Assembly: GCA_965202625.1 (NCBI GenBank)
Contig: CBDBBI010000010.1
Location: 1,088,001 to 1,152,000 of the forward strand
DNA from: a bacterium
GTDB taxonomy: Bacteria; UBA8248
Reading direction: 5' to 3'
Length of the DNA stretch: 64,000 bases
Part shown: one piece after another, positions 40,174 to 47,834 of the stretch
How positions within the stretch are numbered: position 1 is the stretch's first letter
Layout of the letters: every line of letters begins with the position of its first letter
Made by a program: the position numbers and the translations under genes
Notes under the pieces: generated by a model
Seen by the model: only the letters and a program-made list of their open reading frames with translations
What the model was told of the DNA's origin: nothing
Databases searched by the model: none

Positions 40174-42186
40174 ATGACTCCCACTCGGGAAATCTACTGG
40201 AACATCGTCCTCGGCCCCTTGGTCTATCTCCTCGCCGCGGCGGCACTCGGCGTAATGTCCTACGGAATCTACCAGCGCGCGCGCCTGTGGCGCATGGGCG
40301 GGGGTGAAATGAGGATCGACCATGCGGGAAGACGGCTCTGGGGCGTAGTGGAGGAGGTGCTGTTTCACCGCCGGATGCTGCGCGACCTCTACCCCGGCCT
40401 CATGCACCTGTTCATCTTCTACGGCTTTTTCGCCGAACTCATCGCCACGTCCATGATAGCCGTCCAGGAATGGACGGGAATCCACTATCTCAAGGGAAAC
40501 CTCTATCTCGCCTACTCCCTGCTCAGCGACGGCTTCGGGCTGCTGGGAATCGTCGGCATCTTGATGGCGCTCTGGCGACGGCTGGCGATGAAGCCCGAGC
40601 GCATGAACTCCGTACTCGACGACTACGTCGCGTTGTGGCTGCTTCTGCTCGTATTCGCGCAAGGCTTCGTCGTGGAGGGTCTGCGCATCGCGGCGACCGA
40701 GCTCAGGGAGCATCCGGACTGGGCGCCCTGGTCGCCGGGCGGCTACGCGATCGCCCTCGCCTTCGCGGGTCTGAGCGTCGAGACGCTTCAGTTCCTCCAC
40801 CGCATCAACTGGTGGTTCCACGCCATCACCGCGTTCATCTTGCTGGGCTACATGGGCTTTGGGAAATTCAATCACATCTGGTACGGCTTGCTGAACGTCT
40901 TCTGCAGAAATCTGGGTTCCAGCGGCAAGCTCCGCTTCATCGACATTGAGGCGGCGATGGAGTCGGACCCGGAGGCGATAGAGACACTCGGCGTGGAGAA
41001 AATCGAGAGATACACCTGGAAGGGCCTGCTGGACCTCGACGCCTGCACGAACTGCGGCCGGTGTCAGGACGTCTGCCCCGCCTATATGAGCGGGGTACCA
41101 CTCAGCCCCAGAAAGCTGATTCAGGACCTAAAAGCGCATCTGGGCGAAGCGGGCGCGGCGGCGGAGACCGCGCCCCTGTTCGGAGAGCCGGAAGACAGAC
41201 CCGCCGTCCTGGAGGAGGAACTCTGGGGCTGCCGCACCTGCGGGGCCTGTCAGCAGGAGTGTCCCGTATTCATTGAGCACGTTCCGAAGATGGTGGACAT
41301 GCGCCGCCATCTGGTGATGATGGAGTCGAAGACGAGCGAGGATGCGCGCCAACTCCTCAAGTCGATGGACGAGCGGCTCCACCCCTGGGTGGGCGCCCAG
41401 CACAACCGCGAGGAGTGGTATGAGGACCTTGACGTGCAAGTCCTCGCCGAAGGAGTGCGTGCGGAATACCTCTATTGGGTGGGGTGTACGGGTTCAATGA
41501 TCGACCGCAACATCAAGGTGTCGAGGGCGATGGTGAAGATTCTCGCCGCCGCGGGCGTTGACTTCGCGATTTTGGGCGCGGAGGAGGTCTGCACAGGGGA
41601 TCCGGCCCGAAGGATCGGCGGGGAATTCACCTTCCAGTTGTGCGCGAAGCAAAACATACAGACGCTAGAGAGGTATGGGGTGAAAAAAATCATCACCACC
41701 TGCCCGCACTGCTTCAACACCTACCGGAACGAATACCCCGACTTCGGGGGGAACTACGAGGTGGTGCACCACACGCAGCTCATCGCGGATCTCATCCGCT
41801 CGGGAAAATTGAATCTGAGGAAATCGCTCGGCTCCCTCACCTACCACGACCCCTGCTACCTGGGCCGCCACAACGGGGTGTACGACGCCCCGCGCGAGGC
41901 GCTCCGCGAAATATCGGGCGGCAGCTTCATTGAACTCAAACGCAATCGCTCCCGCGCGCTTTGCTGCGGGGCGGGGGGCGGCTACGCCTGGATGGACGAC
42001 GACCCGAAAAAACGCATCAACCACGAGCGGATCGAGGACGTGAAGGCGTGCGGTGCCGAGACCGCCGCCGTCTCCTGTCCCTTCTGTATGCAGATGTTCG
42101 AGGACGCGCTCAAAGCGCTCGACCCGAATAAAGCCATCCGCGCGGCGGACGTCGCCGAGCTCGTCGCCGAGGCGATTGAGGAGTAG
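40174..42186 (+). CDS. Membrane-bound Fe-S oxidoreductase (FadF/HdrD-like: TM domain, 2x[4Fe-4S], two CCG domains)
   Basis: TM helices with HLFIFYGF/WWFH; CTNCGRCQDVCP, CRTCGACQQECP; CTGDP, TCPHC, YHDPCYLGR, CCGAGGG, CPFC. Confidence 0.9.
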   Translation: MTPTREIYWNIVLGPLVYLLAAAALGVMSYGIYQRARLWRMGGGEMRIDHAGRRLWGVVEEVLFHRRMLRDLYPGLMHLFIFYGFFAELIATSMIAVQEWTGIHYLKGNLYLAYSLLSDGFGLLGIVGILMALWRRLAMKPERMNSVLDDYVALWLLLLVFAQGFVVEGLRIAATELREHPDWAPWSPGGYAIALAFAGLSVETLQFLHRINWWFHAITAFILLGYMGFGKFNHIWYGLLNVFCRNLGSSGKLRFIDIEAAMESDPEAIETLGVEKIERYTWKGLLDLDACTNCGRCQDVCPAYMSGVPLSPRKLIQDLKAHLGEAGAAAETAPLFGEPEDRPAVLEEELWGCRTCGACQQECPVFIEHVPKMVDMRRHLVMMESKTSEDARQLLKSMDERLHPWVGAQHNREEWYEDLDVQVLAEGVRAEYLYWVGCTGSMIDRNIKVSRAMVKILAAAGVDFAILGAEEVCTGDPARRIGGEFTFQLCAKQNIQTLERYGVKKIITTCPHCFNTYRNEYPDFGGNYEVVHHTQLIADLIRSGKLNLRKSLGSLTYHDPCYLGRHNGVYDAPREALREISGGSFIELKRNRSRALCCGAGGGYAWMDDDPKKRINHERIEDVKACGAETAAVSCPFCMQMFEDALKALDPNKAIRAADVAELVAEAIEE

Positions 42187-42492
42187 TCCCAGGGACGCGC
42201 TCGACGCCATCAGCACCGCACCCATCATCAAAGCGCGATAGCGAGACTCCATAATGAAACCCCATTGCGCACTTGATGCACGCCCCCTGCATCGTGCGCG
42301 CACCACCCCTTTCCCGCCCCCTGAAACGGCGGATTTTCCAAGGGATTTTCTCCCGCAAAATCGGCGAATTTTTCCGCCCGTTCGCAATGATTTTTGTCGG
42401 GCTAGAGCGGTCTCGAAACGAAGGATGAGTACCGGGCCGGGCGCATGCGCCGATGATGACGGACGCTCGGCGGAGGCGGGAAATCCCGTCGG

Positions 42493-43218
42493 TCAGGGGC
42501 GTCCGCCTTTGGGGTCGGCGGGTGCGACGCGAATGTCTCCATACCAGGCACGGGCCGAGAGATTGCTGTTGTCAGAATCCGTCATGATGGCGATGTGGGT
42601 GATCTCGGTGATGTCCCGCCCGAAATACATCCGAAAATCCTCGCGCATGTTTCGGCGATGGGAGCGCCACTCTCCGGCGCGGCGCGCGCCCGCATCCACC
42701 GCGACCATGCGCACCTTCCGCGTGTAGGGATTGGGCCAGGAGGACCCTTCGGGCTGACGACTGGCCCAGACGTAGGACACCGAATCGGGAAAGGAGAAAA
42801 ACCCCGCGCCGGGAGCGATGAAATAGACGCGCGCGGCGAAGTCGTCCCCCGACTTCGTCAGTTCGTCCGGCGGGTTGACCGGGCGCTCGATTCGCCAGCG
42901 CCAGATGAGGATCGGCGTCTTCGTGAGGTCGATCTTTCGCTTCAGAACGAGGCCGGACGCGGCCCCGTCGCTGCGCGCCTCGAGAACGGTCTCGCCGCCG
43001 GGCGCCCGGGTCAGGCGGTAGGACACCTCGCCTTCAAAGCGCTTGGGCTCCCAGCCCGAGAGGTCGCCCTCCGAGAACCGGCCGAGGACGATCTCCTCGG
43101 CGAGCGGCGCGCCGGGCGACAAGACAAGCAGGGCGAGCAGGGCACAGACGCCCGCCGCCGGGCGTCTCCAGACGACGAAGGAGAGGATCGACCGCGACAC
43201 GCCACGCATCCTCCTCAT
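42493..43218 (-). CDS. DUF3047 family exported protein
   Basis: TPILIWRW, GDDFAARVY, YVWAS, WPNPYT, AIMTDSDN, WYGDI; signal peptide; ATG overlaps the upstream stop. Confidence 0.85.
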   Translation of the reverse strand: MRRMRGVSRSILSFVVWRRPAAGVCALLALLVLSPGAPLAEEIVLGRFSEGDLSGWEPKRFEGEVSYRLTRAPGGETVLEARSDGAASGLVLKRKIDLTKTPILIWRWRIERPVNPPDELTKSGDDFAARVYFIAPGAGFFSFPDSVSYVWASRQPEGSSWPNPYTRKVRMVAVDAGARRAGEWRSHRRNMREDFRMYFGRDITEITHIAIMTDSDNSNLSARAWYGDIRVAPADPKGGRP

Positions 43219-43949
43219 TGGCAGAAAGGCCATATCTGATACCAGGAAGCACAGCGGAACCTTGACTCGCAGCCCGCGAGCTGGGTCTTGTAGCGCCGGG
43301 CGGTGGCCGCCACCTTCCGCGCCTTGCGCTGCAGCCAGGGCTTGCGCTTCCACGTCCCCCGCCGGTAGCCGCCCCTCCCCTCGTGGTAGGCAAGGTAGAG
43401 CCTGCGCGCGTCGCTCAGGGAAATGCCCAGTTCGCGCCGGGTCTTGGCGTTGTACCAGCCTACGAAGTCGAGGGCGTCCTCCATGTCCGCCCGGCTGCTG
43501 AGGGGCCCGCCGCGCTCCGACTCGTATTCGCGCCAGGTCGCGTCAAGGGCCTGTGCGTATCCCTTGGCCGAGGAGGCGCGGCCCAGCGGAATGAACAAGA
43601 ACCATCTGAACGGCGGCCGGGCGTGGCTCATGAAACTCGACTCATGCTTCACAAACGCCATGAGCACGTGCGGCGGCGTGCCCCACTGCGCCGTCGACTC
43701 TCTGGCGTAGGCATACCACTTGGGACGCTGATCGAACACCGCGCAGACGTTCCCCTGTCGTCTGGGCGTCGGCGTGACGCACCCGCCTGCAAAGAGAACG
43801 AGGGCGAGCGCCGCTCCCAGCAGGCGGCGCCCTTTTCTCCGCCCGTCATTCGCGCGAACCCTTGCAGCCGACTTCGGCCCGGCCCATCTCGGCGCGTCAT
43901 GCGAGGCGCTCCCCTTCCGCAACGCGCGCCGCGACGTTTTGTCAATCAT
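43215..43949 (-). CDS. Lytic transglycosylase (SLT)-like lipoprotein, start uncertain
   Basis: Lipobox AGGC, MAFVKHESSF (catalytic Glu), SSAKGYAQALD.TW, LYLAYHEG. Confidence 0.85.
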   Translation of the reverse strand: MIDKTSRRALRKGSASHDAPRWAGPKSAARVRANDGRRKGRRLLGAALALVLFAGGCVTPTPRRQGNVCAVFDQRPKWYAYARESTAQWGTPPHVLMAFVKHESSFMSHARPPFRWFLFIPLGRASSAKGYAQALDATWREYESERGGPLSSRADMEDALDFVGWYNAKTRRELGISLSDARRLYLAYHEGRGGYRRGTWKRKPWLQRKARKVAATARRYKTQLAGCESRFRCASWYQIWPFCQ

Positions 43950-44189
43950 TTTGGCGTTAAAATGATTGACAAACAACTTTGCGTGGAATCTATGCATCAC
44001 AACGGATCATTCCGTGATACACAATGCTGATAAGCGATAGGCGCGCCCGACTGAAAAATCTGCCCGATGCCCTGGAATCAGCCTCCAATGGCGCGATTTT
44101 CCCCACAAAAATGACGTATCGCGACGTTTTATCAATCATTTTGGCGTTAAAGTGACCGACAAACCACTTTATGTGGAATCTATGTATCA
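43930..44189. repeat. Two ~70-bp imperfect direct repeats (43930-43999, 44120-44189) with an internal palindrome
   Basis: CGCGACGTTTT(G/A)TCAATCATTTTGGCGTTAAA..TGTGG/CGTGGAATCTATG(C/T)ATCA; copy 1 has a 15-bp perfect inverted repeat TTTGTCAATCATTTT-N6-AAAATGATTGACAAA. Confidence 0.85.
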
Positions 44190-45305
44190 AAACAGCTCTT
44201 TCCCCTCCACTATGTTCAAAAGAGCCGGAAACGAGAGCAAAAACGCGCGGCGGCCTACGCCCGTTTTGACGACACGCAGAATTTCGTTTTCTCGAAGCAC
44301 TCGAAGAAACCTTTGCGCCGTCGCTTCAGGGATGCCCGCCTTGGTCACGAAATGCGTGCTGCGGAAAATCGGACGCTCGAATATCCAGTCCTGGGCACGG
44401 ACGGCGTAGCGGGATCGGGTCAATTCCGGCAGGCGTTCTTTCATGCGCTCATAAAGATCGAGAACCCCCTCGGCCTTTTTGAGGTTGTCCTCCGCCTGCA
44501 CTCGGACGCCTTCGAGAAAGAATTTGCACCAGCCGGTCCAATCCTCATCGCGCGAGACGGCGAGCAACCCATCGTAATACGCATCTCGATGCGCTTCGAA
44601 ATAGGCGCTGATATAGAAAATGGGACACCGGATGAGGCCGCGCTGCCACAGGAACAAAGGCACCAGCATACGCCCCAAGCGACCGTTGCCGTCCAGAAAA
44701 GGGTGCAGGGCTTCAAACTCAGCGTGCAAAATGGCTGCCTGCACCAGCAGATCGGGCGCGTCCTGGTGAATATAACTCTCCCACGCGCTCATGGCTTGAG
44801 CGAGTTTCTCCACCCCAATGGGGACGAACGTAGCGGCGTCGATACGACATCCCGGCGGCCCGATCCAGTTGGAGACGCGCCGATAATCACCGGGAGACTT
44901 GTTCCTTCCGCGCGCGCCCGCAAGCAGTACCCGATGCGCCTCCCGGACCACTCTCAGGGAAAGCGGCAGCGTTTGCAACATCTTCTCCGCTCTATACATC
45001 GCCGCGCGATAGTTGACCACCTCCTCGACGTCGCCACGACGCTCGGGAGAGTCCACCGTCTGCCCCGCCTCGAATTCAAGCACCTCACCCAACGTGGCCT
45101 GGGTGCCCTCAATGCGTGAGGAGAGCACCGCCTCCTCGGTAGTGAAGGGGGTGAGCAGCACTCCGGAGTTGGGAATGGCGGCGAGCACCCCGTCGTAGCG
45201 CGTCAAGGCCGCGACCGCCGGGCCGAGGGACGGCACCAGCACTGGCCAGTCAAGACGCGATTCAGGCGGAAACCGCCCTTCGCGATAGTGAACCGCGGCC
45301 ATCAC
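44187..45305 (-). CDS. Fic family protein (class II, Fic_N + Fic + C-terminal HTH-like region)
   Basis: Canonical HPFLDGNGRLGR; N-terminal inhibitory motif SSRIEG. Confidence 0.93.
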   Translation of the reverse strand: MMAAVHYREGRFPPESRLDWPVLVPSLGPAVAALTRYDGVLAAIPNSGVLLTPFTTEEAVLSSRIEGTQATLGEVLEFEAGQTVDSPERRGDVEEVVNYRAAMYRAEKMLQTLPLSLRVVREAHRVLLAGARGRNKSPGDYRRVSNWIGPPGCRIDAATFVPIGVEKLAQAMSAWESYIHQDAPDLLVQAAILHAEFEALHPFLDGNGRLGRMLVPLFLWQRGLIRCPIFYISAYFEAHRDAYYDGLLAVSRDEDWTGWCKFFLEGVRVQAEDNLKKAEGVLDLYERMKERLPELTRSRYAVRAQDWIFERPIFRSTHFVTKAGIPEATAQRFLRVLRENEILRVVKTGVGRRAFLLSFPALLNIVEGKELF

Positions 45306-45350
45306 TCCTCCGCGAAAACTCCGGGGCGATTCGCGACAGCGGCGAGTGGT

Positions 45351-46496
45351 TCAATCAAGCAGATGCTTGGCGATGACCTGGCGCAGGATTTCATTCGTCC
45401 CCTCGTATATCTGCGTCACCTTCGACGCCCGGTAAAACCGCTCCACGGAATACTCCCGCATGTAGCCGTTGCCGCCGTGAAGTTGAACGCCCTCCTCCGC
45501 GTTGCGCTGGGCGGCGTCGGTGGCGAACACCTTGGCGACGGCGGCTTCCGCCGAATAGGGGCGTCCCGCCGCCTTGAGCCGCGCCGCCTTGAGGGTGAGC
45601 AGGCGCGCGCCATGCGCGCGCGTGGCCATGTCGGCGAGCTTCCACGCCACGGGCTGGTGCTCTTTTATCGGGACTCCGAACGTCTCGCGCTCGCGCGCGT
45701 AGGCCACCGAGGCGTCAAGACACGCGCGGGCGAAGCCGACTCCCTGGGCGGCGACCATGATGCGTCCCGAATCGAGTATGTTCATCGCCAGCCCGAAACC
45801 CTCGCCTTCCTCGCCCATGCGCATCGCGGCCGGCAGCTCCACGGCGTCGAAGCGCAGCTCCGCTATCGAGCAACCGCCCATCCCCATCTTCTCCTCACTG
45901 CGGACGACCTCGAAGCCGCGCGCGTCCGTCGAAACCCAGAAGGCGCTCAAGCCCTTGTGGCGCGCGGCGCGATCCGTCACGGCGAAAACGAGACACACGC
46001 CCGCCTGCGCACCGTTGGTGATGAAGCGCTTGACGCCGCTGATTCGATAGGAGTCCCCCTCGCGCAGGGCGCTCGTTGAGAGGGCGGCCACATCGGAGCC
46101 GGCCCCGGGCTCTGTGAGGGCGAAAGAGCCCAGGCGCACCCCCGTCGCCAAGATGCCCAGGAACTTCTCTTTTTGCCCCTCGCTTCCAAACCGGTGGAGC
46201 GGCTCGCAGACCAAAGAGTTGTGCGCGGCGAAAATCGCGCTCGTCGAAGGACAGACGGCGGAGACCTCCTCGGTCGCCAGCGCCATCGACACCGGGTCCG
46301 CCCCGCCGCCGCCATGCGCGTCCGGCACCGTCAGGCCCATCAGCCCCAGTGCGCCCATCTTCTTCAAAACCTCCGCAGGAAAGCGGCCCGCGTCGATCTC
46401 CGCCGCCTGCGGCGCGAGTTCGCGCTCGCAAAAATCGCGCGTCATCGCGCGCACCATCCTTTGCGCGTCGTTCAGAAAATCATCGCTTGAGGTCAC
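45351..46496 (-). CDS. Acyl-CoA dehydrogenase
   Basis: FALTEPGAGSD, KRFITNG, EEKMG, RETFG, QLHGGNGY, IYEGTNEI; GTG start. Confidence 0.94.
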   Translation of the reverse strand: MTSSDDFLNDAQRMVRAMTRDFCERELAPQAAEIDAGRFPAEVLKKMGALGLMGLTVPDAHGGGGADPVSMALATEEVSAVCPSTSAIFAAHNSLVCEPLHRFGSEGQKEKFLGILATGVRLGSFALTEPGAGSDVAALSTSALREGDSYRISGVKRFITNGAQAGVCLVFAVTDRAARHKGLSAFWVSTDARGFEVVRSEEKMGMGGCSIAELRFDAVELPAAMRMGEEGEGFGLAMNILDSGRIMVAAQGVGFARACLDASVAYARERETFGVPIKEHQPVAWKLADMATRAHGARLLTLKAARLKAAGRPYSAEAAVAKVFATDAAQRNAEEGVQLHGGNGYMREYSVERFYRASKVTQIYEGTNEILRQVIAKHLLD

Positions 46497-46750
46497 GTGC
46501 GCCTCCCCCACTCCAACCCATCCGTCGGAAACAACCCCCCGCGCGTCCAGGACGCGAAAGGGACGCGCCAGGCAAGCGGCGCCGCCCACGAATCTCACCC
46601 GCAATACAATCACTTCCTCGGCGCGCGAGCAACCGCTCTTGCCTGGGAATCGTCCGCGCGGCATGATGGGAACGAAACGAGAAATCTCACCATTCAGGAC
46701 GACGTCTGGACGTTTCAGGGGTTCCCATCTGCTCCACAAAGGAGAAAACC

Positions 46751-47743
46751 ATGGCGGAAACCATCGGCGTGCTCACGCGCGACGACGTGCTGAGAAGCCT
46801 GAAAGATTTGCGAGCGGCACAGCAAGTCGATTTCTCGGCGTTTTATTCGAGCTGTCTGGGCGGCGTGGTGACGGACCCCGCCCTCATGGTGCTTCCCTTC
46901 GACGATCACATCGTCCACCGGGGACACGGCGTCTTCGACACGGCGGCCATCGTCGAGGGGAAAATCTACGACCTGGACAACCATCTGGATCGCTTTCTGC
47001 GCTCGGCGGAAGCCTCAAAGCTGGCGCTGCCGCACAGCCGGAAGGAGATGCGCGATATCGTGATTCGCACGAGCGCCCTGTCGGGCCGCCGGGAGGGCTC
47101 GATTCGCTACTGGGCCTCTCCGGGCGCGGGAAACCTCGGGCTTATACCGGCGCCCGGCGCCCGGCCCTGCTTCTTCGTGATGATCTTCGGCGGTCTGGAA
47201 TATCCCGAGCGCTACTACGCCGAGGGAATGCGGGTGATGACGACCACCTACCCCATCAAGCCGCCCCTCTACGCCGCCACCAAGAGCACGAACTATCTGC
47301 CCAACACCCTGATGCAGATGGAGGCGAAAGAGAACGGCTTCGACAACGGGATTTTCGTGGACGAGGCGGGATGCGTGGGCGAGGGATCGAACATGAACTG
47401 CGCCTTCGTGACGCGAGACGGCGTTCTGCGGCACCCGAAATTCGACAGCATCCTCTCCGGCTGCACGGTGAAGCGGCTGCTCGCACTCGCAAGCCGCCTG
47501 GTGGAGAGGGGTCTCATTCAGGACGTGGCGGTGGACGACGTTTCCGTGGCGGAGGCGAAGGCCGCCGCCGAGATGATGTTCGTGGGAAGCTCGATATACG
47601 TCGCCCCCGTGGTGCGGTGGGACGATCAGGTCATCGGGGACGGAAAGCCGGGGCCGGTGACGAAGGCGATGCGGGAGCTGCTCGAAGAAGACATGCGCTC
47701 GGGCGAGGGAATGCTCATAGACGTGCCGTATGAAACCGTATGA
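46751..47743 (+). CDS. Class-IV PLP aminotransferase (D-amino-acid transaminase/ADC-lyase-like)
   Basis: DDHIVHRGHGVFDT, HLDRF, KSTNYLPN, EGSNMN, ILSGCT; GGAG RBS. Confidence 0.9.
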   Translation: MAETIGVLTRDDVLRSLKDLRAAQQVDFSAFYSSCLGGVVTDPALMVLPFDDHIVHRGHGVFDTAAIVEGKIYDLDNHLDRFLRSAEASKLALPHSRKEMRDIVIRTSALSGRREGSIRYWASPGAGNLGLIPAPGARPCFFVMIFGGLEYPERYYAEGMRVMTTTYPIKPPLYAATKSTNYLPNTLMQMEAKENGFDNGIFVDEAGCVGEGSNMNCAFVTRDGVLRHPKFDSILSGCTVKRLLALASRLVERGLIQDVAVDDVSVAEAKAAAEMMFVGSSIYVAPVVRWDDQVIGDGKPGPVTKAMRELLEEDMRSGEGMLIDVPYETV

Positions 47744-47834
47744 AAGAAGGCATCCCTCAGCGGACGGCGCAAGCGGCGGCGCGGCCGGAGACGATGCCTT
47801 GTCGTTGCGAAGCAAACAACCAAAAAGGAGCCAA

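Noticed and set aside
42190-42490. Loosely repeated GATTTT(C/T) motifs in the gap between convergent genes
   Set aside because: Short, irregularly spaced and unstructured; cannot be told from chance
43990-44190. 66-aa ORF resembling the N-terminus of the 43215..44000 ORF
   Set aside because: The similarity is just translation of the non-coding 70-bp direct repeat
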